NCBI GenBank assembly: GCA_002269645.1
Contig: NIVC01000199.1
Span: 62,001 to 126,000, forward strand
Source of the DNA: Macrostomum lignano
Taxonomy: Eukaryota
Length of the DNA: 64,000 bases
Direction of reading: 5' to 3'
Position 1 is the stretch's first letter. Every line of letters begins with the position of its first letter. Under the pieces are notes generated by a model that saw only the letters and a list, made by a program, of their open reading frames with translations, ran no database searches and was not told where the DNA came from. The translations under genes were made by a program, and so were the position numbers. Of this stretch, positions 49,201-61,192 are shown one piece after another.

Positions 49201-51080
49201 TAATAAAAGTGACAACATCCTTGTGTTTCTCAGTTCTTCCTCAAGTGATTTTTTAGCCTGAACTGAATACTAACCCGTTTTCCTAACTTTGCTGCCTTTT
49301 GGCTGTTTCAATCCAGAAGCGGCCCAGTCCAGGCTTCTGCACCAGTCGCCCCTGACACCTGGGTCGTCGGATCTTCGTCTTGAGCAGCATCAGCAGGACG
49401 CCGAAGCTCCAGCCAGCGACCTCCTTTGCCCTCATCCTCGCCGCCGTCGGGTCACCTCCGACATGATCTCGGAGCCAACACGGACGGAGTTTCGTCACGC
49501 CGGTCATGTCGGCGCCGACGGCACGGTCTTCGGCGACGTGTCCTGCCTGGCGGAGCTCGAGCTGACGCCGACCTGCGAGCCGCCGCCACCGCAGCAGCAG
49601 CAGCTTGCTGAGGAAGTCGCAGCTGATGCATCCGACAGCGCCTCGTCGATTGTTTATCGTCGCCGTCAGGTCAGTCGGCAGGTTGAAAGCCTTTGCGAGC
49701 AGTCGGGCTACTGCCGCCTGGGCTCGAGTCTCAGTCTGGGCGTCGATTCCGTGGGCGTCGCTTCGTCGGCCGCCAGCATCGAAGACGACTATCGGCTCGA
49801 CGGTGACGAAGTCTCGACGTCGGATGGCGTCGCACTGTTGGATGCTGGAGACGGTAGCGACCACGGCACATCGTTAATAGATGAGATTATGCAGGCCTGG
49901 GGCTCAGCAACCGCCTGCGGTGGCCTAGATCCCGGCACCGAGTCCAGCTGCCCTATTGTCGCTGAAAAGGACGATTCCCCTGAAAACGGTGAGTTCCGGC
50001 TTCGACCCCGTCCGGAGAAATCGGCCATCTTGAAAGTGTGCGTCAGCGGACGCTAGTCTTAATGTCCGCAGAAATCCGGAAAGTCTATGGCACTAAACAA
50101 AACAATTAAGGGCTGGTCAGAAATCAGATATTTAAATTCAAAACGTATGCAGAGCCAAAAATATTGTTCTGAGGGGCTGCTGACTCCGGAAGTTTAGGGG
50201 TTGGCAAACATTTTGTCTCAAGGGCTAGATGGAGAATCTAGCGCATCACTCCCGGCCAGAGGAAGGGAAAGAGAAGAGGGAATGGGGGAGAAAAGAGGAG
50301 AGAGTGGTAAGGAGAGCTGAGAAGAGACACAAAAGTTATTCGGGCCTGATTGCTAGCAAGCAAGAAGACCCAGGAGCACCAAAATTTGGAAAACAGGGCT
50401 GTAATGCTTTAAAAAAGCAAAATTACAAAACGTCGAGACGTCCTAGACTCGCATCAAGTCCCGAAGATCAATCCTGAATATTTACCACATTTTCAGCTCA
50501 GGACAACCAACCAGTTGAATGTCTGAAAGTGCAGGCCATGGCGAAGACTTCAGACAAGGACAGCTTCAGTGACTGCAGCCACTGCAGCACCAACAGCGGC
50601 TGCTGCACAGATGCCAGGTGCGCCGAGCGAACTGCGACAACTCCAATGAGTAGCGTTAGCTCTCTGAATGAGCCTAGCAACGTGCCTAGCAATCCGCCTA
50701 GCAACGCATCAACCAACGCTGCTGACAACGCGCCTAGCAACGAACCTAACAACGTATCTAAAAGCGCTAGGCAACCCAGGCAGCACAATTGCACATCGGC
50801 GCTGTTCTGCTCATCGCCAATCAGCATCTCTCCGGTGTGCTCAAGCAGTGTGAGCAGCTTAGACAGTCCGGTGTCGCAGTGGGCGGAGGCTGCCGCGCAC
50901 TCAAGCAGCAGCCGAATCCATCATCATCACAAACCGCAGCTGCTGCAGCCGCCGCCGCCTCTGTTGCATCTGGCAGCGGTCGATGCGTCCGAGGCTCGGA
51001 CAGTGGAAAGCAGCTTGATCGGCGAGGCGAGTTTTCTGCTGTTGTCTGTGCATTCATTTCAGTTTACAGAGCGGCTATAG
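46235..51080 (+). CDS. ACK/PR2-family non-receptor tyrosine kinase-like protein, predicted pseudokinase, about 894 aa; exons 46235-46950, 47867-48118, 48275-48735, 49317-49988, 50497-51080
   Basis: SAM-like LFHLLLEAGLDRHF; ELAPFG|SLLDCL across intron 1; W|PAPE; DVWSFGVTLWEMFSYG; SH3-like LELHLGDVIVVLD; CRIB ISEPTRTEFRHAGHVGADG.VFGD; phases consistent (2685 nt). The 3' end is uncertain. Confidence 0.82.
46996..47383 (-). mobile_element. Full-length tRNA-derived SINE (family A) in kinase intron 1
   Basis: Minus strand: ggggccgtagcccagtggtctagcacggcgc...ggctcgattccaag head, shared body, (cat)n tail. Confidence 0.85.
50194..50400 (+). mobile_element. Degenerate copy of the hAT-like GA-rich MITE in kinase intron 4
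   Basis: aggggttggcaaac...caagggctagatggag, GA tract, gggcctgattgcta. Confidence 0.65.
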
Positions 51081-52709
51081 TTAGTGATCAGGGAGGGGGC
51101 TCTGACCGCTGCTCCGAATCGGAGGCAACGGCCGACCTGCAGTCAGCGAGTTGGAAAGCTGTGACTCCCGTTTCGCTGACCATAGCCCAAGAAGGAACTC
51201 TTCAGTTTTTTAGCACTAAATAGTCGAAATCCCACCCTCAGGGCTTCCAATATTCATACCGTATAATGCTGGTACTTGGTCAATTACATACAGCGGCACT
51301 AATCGCACGAAATTCATCGAAAAGTTCTAGACCAATTCCCGTGCGACCGCGCACGGATTCGAACTATACCGCTATTTAAGTTCCTCCGCTCCAAAGTTCA
51401 GCAAATTTTTTCGCAAAATTCATGCACTTCTACTAGCGAGTTTTTAGTAGTGTAATGCGGATAATTCTTGAAAATGTTTCTTTCTATTTTTTCAGAGTGG
51501 AGCTGCCGACTACGAAGAAGACATCGTGAATATGTGACATTGTGGTCACCATCACCGGTCGTTGTGTAAACAACCTGTTAGATTGAGCCACAAAACAGAG
51601 ATATGACAATATGTAATGTGACCTATTGGCAATTTTTTCCTTAGAAAGAAGAATATTTATCCACCCAGTTTTGCCAGCCGTTATCGCTAGTAAACCGGCT
51701 TGGATGGGTTGCCGATATGTAGCGCAAATAACTTTTTCACTGTAGGCTATAGATATTGCATGAATTTTGCAACGAAAAACTTCTGACGTTTGGTAGGTCA
51801 ATGCAGGTAACCAGATACTGTTTGTCGAAATGTTTTACATGTATATTTCCTTAGCAAACCCTTGCTTGCCTCGTTGCATGCACTGACTTTGTGAGCAGAT
51901 ACAGCATGCTATAAATATACCATTACGTCACGCCAAATCCTGGATTCACTGTTGGTTAAGAAATTAATTTTAGTTTCACTGTTGAGGAAGCTATAGTGCT
52001 ATAGACAATACTATAGGGCTATGGACACGCATCTTTAGCAGTGTGAGTGTGACACAAGAAGCAAGGATGTTCTCGAAGTTTTAAGTAAGTGAAAACATGA
52101 AAAATATAAAGATGGCAATCAAACTCCTGTTCACATCGCGAGTAGGCATCTAAACAATTATACTCTGTGGTTGCATATTAATATTAATATTCATTTCGGT
52201 AAAATATACATATGGTACTACAGCAAAGTACTTCAATATATTCGATACCCCCATGCAGCCAGTTAACGCATTGAGCGATATGCAAGAAATTATATTAAAC
52301 ACAGAAAGTCTCTAATATAGTGAATTAATTCTGGTAGACACGGATACGCACGTGTACGAAAATATTTGAATCCAACAAGCTCAATTCAGTTAAAATAATA
52401 ATAATTGCCCAACTGCCGCTCATGCAGTCAGTTAAAACAAATTGAGTAAAGCAAAGCACTCGCATTTGAGACCATTCCGGAGCTACAAAAGGACGACTGA
52501 GATACTTGAGTGACAATCAGGATGAGACCAGTGAAAGACGGAAAAAGGCAACTAAAAATGCATGCAATAAGAGTCACTCAAACAACCTTTAAAAACGTTG
52601 CTTCGATAGGCAAAACAATCTGGTTGTTGTTAATGAGTTGTCAGTAAACTTTGTACCCTTCTCAACCTGCCGCGTTTGTGAAAAAGACTTTGCAACGATT
52701 AGCATTGAG

Positions 52710-53975
52710 TCAAAGCTTCCTACCAACACTGGGCGCTGTTGACAGCTGCATTCTGGCAGCTCGACTGTTGCACTGCCTGCTGCTGCCGATCTGCTTGGAT
52801 ACCGAGTTCACGAGTCTTCTGTTGGACGACTGCTGCAGCTGAACCTGCGGATCCGCGTCCGAGTTCTGCTGGCCGAGGTCTTGCGGCTGCTGCTCCTCAT
52901 GAGGGTTCTTATCCTTGACCTGTTGTTGTTGTTGTTGTTGTTGTTGCTGTTGCTGTTGTTGCTGCTGACGCTGTTGATGCTGCTGCATCAGTGCCAGCTG
53001 GTGCTGAGGATGCCGAAGTTCCTTGCTGATGAAGCTCTCCATCCTGGCGTAGCTCTCCGGTCTCCGCAGCGTGTCCATGTGCTCGCCTTCAACTAGCCAC
53101 AGCGGCTCCCGCTTGCAGTGCTCCGGTATTCGTTCGTACAGCTCCTTGGCGTCGTGCAGCTGAATCATCTTATCATTGTCACCGTGGATTAGTAGACAAG
53201 GCGAGGTGATGCCCTCAATCTTCTTGATGTTTAGGTAGGGCTTGATCTTGCCGCACATGATCTGGTCCGAGCTCGTCATGGTGGCCATGCCGGACCGGAC
53301 GGCCGAGTCCAGGATGACGCCGGCCACCCGTTCTTGGCAGGCCAGGTGGATGCTGGGACAACTTCCGATGGAGCTGCCCATTACAATGACATTCCTAGAC
53401 GACAGGTGAAAACGTTCGAGCATGTCCTTGTAGACTGACTCGATGTTTCGGTAGAGATTTCTCTCGGACGGTCGCCCGGTGCTCCAGCCGTAGCCGCTGT
53501 AGTCGTAAGCCAGCACGTTGACGCGGAGGTTTCTGGACAGCATGAACAAATAGGGGCACATGTAGCCATTGTCCGAGCTGTTAGAGTGCGAGTACAGGAT
53601 TGTGTAGCCGCGGCTGGGCACTTTGGTGTAGCGGATGTACATGCACACGAGCTGGTGCGAGTACTCAGTCTCCAGCCGGTAGCTGTACACGTGGCTGTCT
53701 ACTATGAAGTCCAAGCCGACAAAGCAGGACAGTTGCATTTTGATCTCGTCATTGAACTTGTCAGCCGAGCTGGTTTGGTTGCCAGACTCGAGAGCCAGGT
53801 GCGGCAGCCACTGCAGTCTGCGCTGTTTGCCTGCCGACACCTTGGTCTCAATCTCGTAGCCGGCCTCTGATGGCGGGAACAGCGAGGCCTTGGCAACGAT
53901 GCTCGGCGGCCATGGAGGACAAATCATTGGACAAATGAAACAGCAGCAGACTTTCAGCTTCTCGAAGCAGGGCAT
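52710..53975 (-). CDS. ABHD17: ABHD17-like alpha/beta-hydrolase (depalmitoylase), single exon, 421 aa with polyQ tail
   Basis: Cys-rich N-terminus CCCFICPMICPPWPPSIVAK..FPP, YDYSGYG.STGRPSE.NLY, nucleophile GSSIG, HGDND, GEH. Confidence 0.88.
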   Translation of the reverse strand: MPCFEKLKVCCCFICPMICPPWPPSIVAKASLFPPSEAGYEIETKVSAGKQRRLQWLPHLALESGNQTSSADKFNDEIKMQLSCFVGLDFIVDSHVYSYRLETEYSHQLVCMYIRYTKVPSRGYTILYSHSNSSDNGYMCPYLFMLSRNLRVNVLAYDYSGYGWSTGRPSERNLYRNIESVYKDMLERFHLSSRNVIVMGSSIGSCPSIHLACQERVAGVILDSAVRSGMATMTSSDQIMCGKIKPYLNIKKIEGITSPCLLIHGDNDKMIQLHDAKELYERIPEHCKREPLWLVEGEHMDTLRRPESYARMESFISKELRHPQHQLALMQQHQQRQQQQQQQQQQQQQQQQVKDKNPHEEQQPQDLGQQNSDADPQVQLQQSSNRRLVNSVSKQIGSSRQCNSRAARMQLSTAPSVGRKL

Positions 53976-54221
53976 TGCTGATTAAAACTTACGATGGTAT
54001 ACTAACTGAAAATATTCCTTAATTAAATATCGATCAGTTATATTTCTTGACAAAACTAGACTTAATGGACTTGCGAAGCGACTGTATGACTCAAGGCATT
54101 CGATGAGTTTTCGGCCATAGACAATAAATTGCTAATCCGATTGATCCAGGTGCGCTAATATAATCCATTCTTCAAAGGGGATCAAGCCATATCTAATGAC
54201 CGTATTTCTCTGAGGCACAAC

Positions 54222-54697
54222 CACATGCACAGATAACTGCACTAAAATAACTAGATGGGCCACTCAGGCATACGCTCGTATATACATAGTAAAACAGCTT
54301 TCTACTTTCAGTTCAGTAGCAAAGAAGAATGCATAAGCTATTTTATAAAAATAAAGTCAGTTGAGATGACTTTGATAAGTTTAGAAGTTCAAGCTTGCAT
54401 GCAGGCGTAAACAGCTTGCTAATTGGTTCAGCAATAATGTACATTGGCCAGTCCACTGAAATGTACATGGCAGCTTTAAACTGGAATTCCCGAGAAAAGC
54501 AATAAAAATTGGGGTGGGGCGGAGGGGGGTAGGGTGGAAGGACGCGGTTGGAGGGTTTAAGCTGGGGAATAGGAGCCAATAAAGTAGCCTTGGCTTTACA
54601 AATACGTTAAAATGCTTCTGTCTAACCTACTACTGAACTGAAAGTAGCTTACACGCAAATGCGCTGAGTGGCCCATCTGGTTATTCTGGTATCTGAA
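54222..54697 (+). mobile_element. Third copy of the 8382-8815 element, upstream of ABHD17
   Basis: TSD ggcacaac at 54214-54221 and 54698-54705; same internal sequence. Confidence 0.8.
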
Positions 54698-55599
54698 GGC
54701 ACAACCCAACTACCAACATTACCAACCGTTCTTTCAACCGTGTGATGTAAGAAAATCTAATTTTTCGAAAGCATACTAAACACACTACTAACGATACGAC
54801 AGGTATACGTTCCTTTCCAGCCTCCAGTCTGTTTTTAAGAAACTCGAGTGTAACGTTTCCCTACTTCGGTTGTCCTTGGCTAATGCTTAACTGCTCTCTT
54901 TGATTTTTCCTCAGAGATATTATTCTGTTCTCCAAACTACTTCTATCTTTCTCTCTCACGATCTCTCCTTTCAGAAGCCAAACAGCTTCCGGAATTTTAA
55001 TAGCTGAGCAGAGCAAGCTCACACAGGCAAGCTTTGGCTGCCCAACACGCGAGAGCCAAGAGCCTGCAGTCTCATTTTGCCTGCAGGCACTCTTACATTC
55101 TCAAGGGCAACTGTTCGAAGGTCTCTTTCTAATTTTGATCGCTAGCAGTCACGTGACAAAATTTTGGGAATTTTATTGAAAGGTAAGAGTTCATTCTTAA
55201 AGTGCGTTGGCGCGGTGAAAACTGTCTCTGCTTTTTTAGCAATAAATTGAAATTGCAATTGAAATTGTCATTCAAAAATCTTTCAAAAACGTCGCCTGGC
55301 TGTGCGCAGTTAATTTGACCAACTTTCCAGTTTAAATTGTCATAAAATACAGACTTAGCTCTTACCAAAAATATTTTAGCAAACTTGCAACACGAGCTTC
55401 TCGGGTCGAATGCACACGCCAGCTTTGAATTTGAGTAATTTTTAATCAAAACAGCAAACAGCAAACCAAAACAGCAGAGAAATCCCTCCGATATTGCCAA
55501 TGCACTTTTCCTGCTATACAGTGATGCATAAAGGGATGTCAAATTATAGGCACCAAACTAAACAAACGGGACCAAAACGACTGCCATCGATATCTAGTC

Positions 55600-56470
55600 G
55601 GCCCAGACGACTATGACCGCCCAGACATCCCATCCAGCTCCCTCACGTAGGGTCCCAAGGGATAAAGAAGATATCGAGGGTAAGGTCTGCAGCAGAATCC
55701 TCCGCATGCGTTTTCTGGGGCACTACAGCTCGATTCGGGTACAACTCGTCAACTTGTCTCGGTAGCAGCGCGGCCCCAGTCTCCAAGGAAGTTGTCTAAC
55801 CGTTTCTACTTGGTTGTCAAGGTCAAGGTTGTCAAGAGTTGGTCTGTGGTTGGCAAATCACTTTCTCAAACGCGTGATTTGATCGAAGAGCGACAGGAGA
55901 CCAGAGTCGCAGGCGGTAGTGATCGAAGCTCCAGCTTCATATCGAGCTTATCAACACGTTGTACTTGTGATGAATCCATCCGGTTGTCCCTCTAGCCGTG
56001 GTCTGTGAGTCACTAGGGAACATTGAGCCGGGTCTTTGTAGTTCATTTGGCTGCAGTAGTGGGACTTATGTCTCACCAGAAGTGCCAAGTCTGCGCCAAG
56101 GAAATCCTGAGTCAAGATTGCAGCTTGTCAGCACGTGCTCGATTGTCCTAGAGCTGCAGGTGCTCAACTCTCCTCGAGCTCGCTCTGCATTTTCAGGTTT
56201 CTTGACATTGCGACCTTGCATCTGAGATAAATAAGCCAGGTAAACTGATGATGCATGATCCAGCTTCGTTGCATCCCATACAGTGATTTGAGTCGAATGA
56301 AATGCTCCCATACGAAATACATTGCTCAACCTCAACACATCCGGTTGGTAAAAAATCTCTGCTTCTAGAAAAAGCGACTCAATTTCCAGATGCAACAGCC
56401 CAGAAAATCCACATGAAGACCATCCTAGAGACCTCCATTCCCGGGTGCTTAATTTGACATTCAATTAGTT
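55600..56470 (-). mobile_element. Possible degenerate non-LTR retrotransposon 3' remnant
   Basis: Minus ORF 56066-56464 contains TCSSRTIEHVLTSC...WR, resembling the CCHC zinc knuckle of restriction-like-endonuclease non-LTR elements; no RT motif found. Confidence 0.3.
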
Positions 56471-57124
56471 TGTCTTTTAACCGAGATGTTTATTTTAATT
56501 TTCGACTTCCACTCAACACTCCATCGACATTCACAAAGCTTTCGAAACGGCACAAGGTAGAAACTTGGTTTTGTCATAGTCGTAAAGCCCCTGCTTTGTT
56601 CACTTTCACATGGCTCGCAATTTTAACTAATTTGAAGGAACAACGCATTGTGTTGTCTTTAGTCTTCCGATTCTGTTCAAGGTTTAAGCCGCAATTTACT
56701 TGTAAATGACTCCCGCTTACGATTGTCAGTTTGGAGACATCATAGCGAGCGTACAGTGGTTTAATGACCATCAATAACTGGGAATATTTGGAGTAAACGA
56801 ATACTTAATAGCCGAATTTGACTGAAGACGCTACTCGGTGAATAGCTAATGTGGAGAAGAATTTGCATTGGAGTTGCATGGGAAGAACCAGTCCTGTTGT
56901 AAATCTATGACTGCCCATCAATCACTGGTGCGCCTGGTTTCCAGGAATAGCTGAAATTCGAACTCAGATTTATAGTTTGAACTTAGTACGACTCAATATT
57001 ATAAGCTGTTTACATTTCAGCTACTGTATATGCATTGCACTGAACCAACTGGGGAAATTCTACAATTCTTAATGTTTTATCACCGTTTTATCATTTAGTT
57101 TTTTTCACTAATTTCCCCGACTGT

Positions 57125-57330
57125 ATCTCGTTGATTCACCACTTCCCTCAGAGTGTAACTCGTTGATTCACCAATTCCCTCAGAGTGTAACTCGTTGATT
57201 CACCAGTTCCCTCAGAGTGTAACTCGTTGATTCACCAATTCCCTCAGAGTGTAACTCGTTGATTCACCAGTTCCCTCAGAGTGTAACTCGTTGATTCACC
57301 AATTCCCTCAGAGTGTAATTCGCTCATTCA
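57125..57330. repeat. 32-bp minisatellite
   Basis: Unit ctcgttgattcaccaattccctcagagtgtaa, about 6 copies. Confidence 0.9.
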
Positions 57331-57863
57331 CCATCAGTAACGCATTCAACAATGCACGGATTCACTTAATTCAGCAACTCACAAATGAACCCATTGATTA
57401 AATAACTCATTCGCCGCTTTACCCATTCAAAAGTTCAATTCCATCAGCCCTATAAATTCCTTGATTGATTTGGCAGCATCCGCCATGAATGCTTAACTAT
57501 TTCTCTCTCCCAAAGGTTGAACTGCAAAAGTATAAAAGTCCAAATCGAGCCGAAGATAAAAACGCTGCATGAGTATTAGAGGACGTTGAGTTGCAGAGCA
57601 AATTATAATTACCCAGCTTGTTTTGTTTTGCCGAGACGCTTTTGTCAAGCCCATTTTTTTTCAAAGCCAGCTTCCAGCACGGAAGTGGCGCCAATGTTGA
57701 CAGAAAGCTCGACTGGCATTCAAGGAAGGAAAGGCCTCTCGCTGATCTCGGCTCTGCTTTCCGGGTGGTTGGCTGCTTTTTACTAAAATGAGTATCAGAG
57801 ACAAGCTTTACCGCTGCGAGCCGAGATTTGCTTCGCCTCTGCAATAATGCAAAAATGTAACTC

Positions 57864-58242
<379 letters not shown>

Positions 58243-58432
58243 ATGATAGCTGCTCTACCACAGCAACTCAGTGATTGGCTCTTCCTCTCAAAATGATCAT
58301 AGTTAAGAGCTCATAGCTACCCACCTCGTCCAAAAACTCCTAATAAAAAAGAGAAACAAAACCAGTCAAGCTCTGCTGCTTGAAGTCCCTCTCGTCACGT
58401 GCGCATCATCAGTGAAATTAAGCGAGCAAAAT

Positions 58433-59671
58433 ATGGGCGACAAACACTCGCCCGCGGACACCGACAGAGCCTGGCTGTTCGCCCAGCTGTGCGTCAATTT
58501 GGCATCAACATTCTCAAACAGCTGCGCAACCCACCTGTTCCTCAAGCTGTACCGGGCGTCACCCCGATCGGCTTCACTGCTGGGCTTGCTGCTTCTGTCA
58601 GCCAGCGAGTTTCTGTTCGACGCTTCCCACCTTACTTTCACCTCGGTCAACCTGGCAACTGGCGTCTGTCAAGGCGGCAAAACGCCGGATTCGGTTGTCA
58701 TAGCAACCAATGCGTCATATAACGCTAGCAACGGTACCAGCGAGGAGAAATTTGAAGCCGATGAGTTTGCCGAGCACTGGGACAGCAGGATGTGGGTCTG
58801 CGTGCTGATCTTCGCCCCATCGAACGCGAGCCTGTTTGTGAGGAACTGGTGGATCACCTGCTTCACTCTGGCTCGCTGCCTTGTGATTCTGTGCCCGTTC
58901 ACCGCCAGAACAGTGTTCACCCGGTCAGTGTACAAGCGTTGCTATGCGGTGTGCCTGTTGCTAGGCGTCGGATTCACCGTGCTGCGAATATGGTCGGAGT
59001 ACGCGGCCAGCGCCACAGCACGGAAATTAGCAGTGGTTGTGCAGGCGCCGATGCCCAGTTTGCTGGTGTTCGCCGCGTCGGTTGTCATGGCAACCGATTT
59101 GGCGCGTCTGCGCTGTTGTAAACAAGGCGGCAGTGGCGGCAGTGGCGGAGGCGGTGGCGGCGATAGCGGTGGCGGTGGCGGAGGCGGCGGAGGTGGCGGA
59201 GGTGGTGGCAGCGGCAGCGGAGGCCGCTCGGACTGGACAGCCTGGCACGCCGGCTCGGAGCACCTGCAGCATCAGCAGCGGCAGCAAAATCTTCAGCAGC
59301 AAAAGCGTTTACTCCGCCGTTGGCATAACAACTCCCCAGCAACCGGATCGCCGTTTCGTAGCGGCGCCCAGCAACAGCTCAGATCGACGGCCGGCACCGT
59401 CGGAACGAACGGCGGCGGTGGCAGCGGCGGCCGCAACGTCGGCTCGAATCGGGTCATGAGGGCGACTATCACCATAGTAACAGTGGCTGTTCTGTTCGTT
59501 GTCATGGAAACGCCGTGTAGCATTTTCGTGCTAATTGGAGAAAATTCGGCGTTCACGGAGCACCTGAGCAACATGCTGATTGGCACTGACTCCCTGCTAA
59601 ACTTTGCCATATTTTTGGCCACTAGTTGCACTTTTCGTAAGCAATTTCTCGCGCTTTTCCATCGCCAGTGA
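58433..59671 (+). CDS. Divergent rhodopsin-type (peptide-receptor-like) GPCR, intronless, about 412 aa
   Basis: Seven hydrophobic segments; TM3 end FTLARCLVILCPF, TM6 LFVVMETP, TM7 DSLLNFAIF and helix 8 SCTFRKQFLALF; long Gly/Gln-rich third intracellular loop. Confidence 0.8.
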   Translation: MGDKHSPADTDRAWLFAQLCVNLASTFSNSCATHLFLKLYRASPRSASLLGLLLLSASEFLFDASHLTFTSVNLATGVCQGGKTPDSVVIATNASYNASNGTSEEKFEADEFAEHWDSRMWVCVLIFAPSNASLFVRNWWITCFTLARCLVILCPFTARTVFTRSVYKRCYAVCLLLGVGFTVLRIWSEYAASATARKLAVVVQAPMPSLLVFAASVVMATDLARLRCCKQGGSGGSGGGGGGDSGGGGGGGGGGGGGGSGSGGRSDWTAWHAGSEHLQHQQRQQNLQQQKRLLRRWHNNSPATGSPFRSGAQQQLRSTAGTVGTNGGGGSGGRNVGSNRVMRATITIVTVAVLFVVMETPCSIFVLIGENSAFTEHLSNMLIGTDSLLNFAIFLATSCTFRKQFLALFHRQ

Positions 59672-60127
59672 AATCGGCTTCTCTGCAAAAAATTGTTTGT
59701 AAGGTTTTGTTCTTCTGTCACGTAATCAGATCGTAAAGTTTAATCAGATGAATAAACAGAGATAAACAAAGTTTTTTAAACTAATTTTTACGGACAACTA
59801 TATTTTATATTCTGTAATTTAATAAACAGATTTTTAAGCCAAATTTGGACCTTTGATCTGAAACTCGGACTTCAGGACTCATTCAACATAATGAAGAATA
59901 ATCATGACTCCAGTAAAACTGCAGGCATCCTACCGCAACGCCTTTAGACATCGGCCAACACAACAATCACTGAAGCAATTCTGCCCATCCGAGTGGGCAA
60001 AGCGAGAGTCAGCTGCGGCAGTGTCCCAAATTCCATTCCAGGATCCTGTAATCTACTAGCTGTACATGTATCCTATCCCACATGTTCTAGGGTTTTTGTG
60101 GTGGCTTGGGCGAAAACGTGATAACTT

Positions 60128-60375
60128 GAAACTTTGAATATGACATCCTGACACTTTTAATATGACATCCTGACACTTTTAATATGACATCCTGACACTA
60201 TGACTATGACATTCTGACACTTTGAATATGACATCCTGACACTTTGAATATGACATCCTGACACTTTAAATATGACATCCTGACACTTTTAATATGACAT
60301 CCTGACACTTTAAATATGACATCCTGACACTTTGAATATGGCATCCTGACACTTTGAATATGACATCCTGACACT
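60128..60375. repeat. 22-bp minisatellite (same family as 23057-23548)
   Basis: Unit gacatcctgacactttgaatat, about 11 copies. Confidence 0.92.
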
Positions 60376-60487
60376 TCAAATCAACGTACACTAGCAATGG
60401 CCCCTCCCACTATTGCGTAACATTGTAGCCACACGTTGGCAGTGACTCTATATAACGTTACAGCTCAAATATAAGGTCCACGAGACC

Positions 60488-60850
60488 ATGTTTTCTCCGC
60501 GTACAAGCGCACTACACTTGCCATTCGCTCCCGCAACCGACTACAACAAAAGTGATGAGCAGAGACTCAACGAAATGATTGCATTTGCTGTGCCAGAAGC
60601 TTCACCGAAGAAGTGTAAGCGGGTCGTAGAAATCTTTCGATTCTGGCACGAGAAGATGACTCAGTGGGCTAAGGCAGAACATGGACCGAGTTTGATGGCG
60701 CTGGCCGATCTATTCGAGAAGAGCCGGCGCGATCTCAACTACGTTCTTAGGTGATTTATCCTAGAGATACGAAACAAGCGTGGTGATCGCTATGACGCTT
60801 CTACGTTGAAGGATTTCTTCAGCACGCTGCAATGCTGCTTGGTGTCAACG
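60488..60850 (+). pseudogene. Crypton-like (DUF3504/tyrosine recombinase-associated) N-terminal fragment with in-frame stop
   Basis: ...KRVVEIFRFWH...DLNYVLR*FILEIRNKRGDRYDASTLKDFFSTLQ resembles the F.W...L..F..E.R...G..Y...TL region of Crypton/ZMYM proteins. Confidence 0.55.
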
Positions 60851-61192
60851 AATTCGGACAGTCATGGAGCCTCTGGAAGGACGTGGGATTCCCTGAGATC
60901 CGACTTGCGCTTATATTTGTTTTGAGTTACTTTCCTGTGGCATATTCTTCTGTTGCATTTAGTTGAATCGTTTATTAGGCCGGGCCAGATTAATTTTTTA
61001 CATTGGACCCATAGACTTATTTGGCGCGGCCAAAAGGGATACAAATCTTTTTGAACTGTTCCTTGATGCTGTTCAAGTCCTAAAGTGTATTGGAGGAATC
61101 TAGCACGCTGAAGAGTGCGTCAATGAGTGTCAGAATGCGCTAGCGCACGAGTGCACGATGTCCTTCACGCACGAGTGAACGTGAAGGAATCC

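Noticed and set aside
58380-58412. Hammerhead ribozyme cores at CTGATGA occurrences (also about 17879, 56266, 63180)
   Set aside because: None is followed by a stem II and GAAA in the required arrangement.
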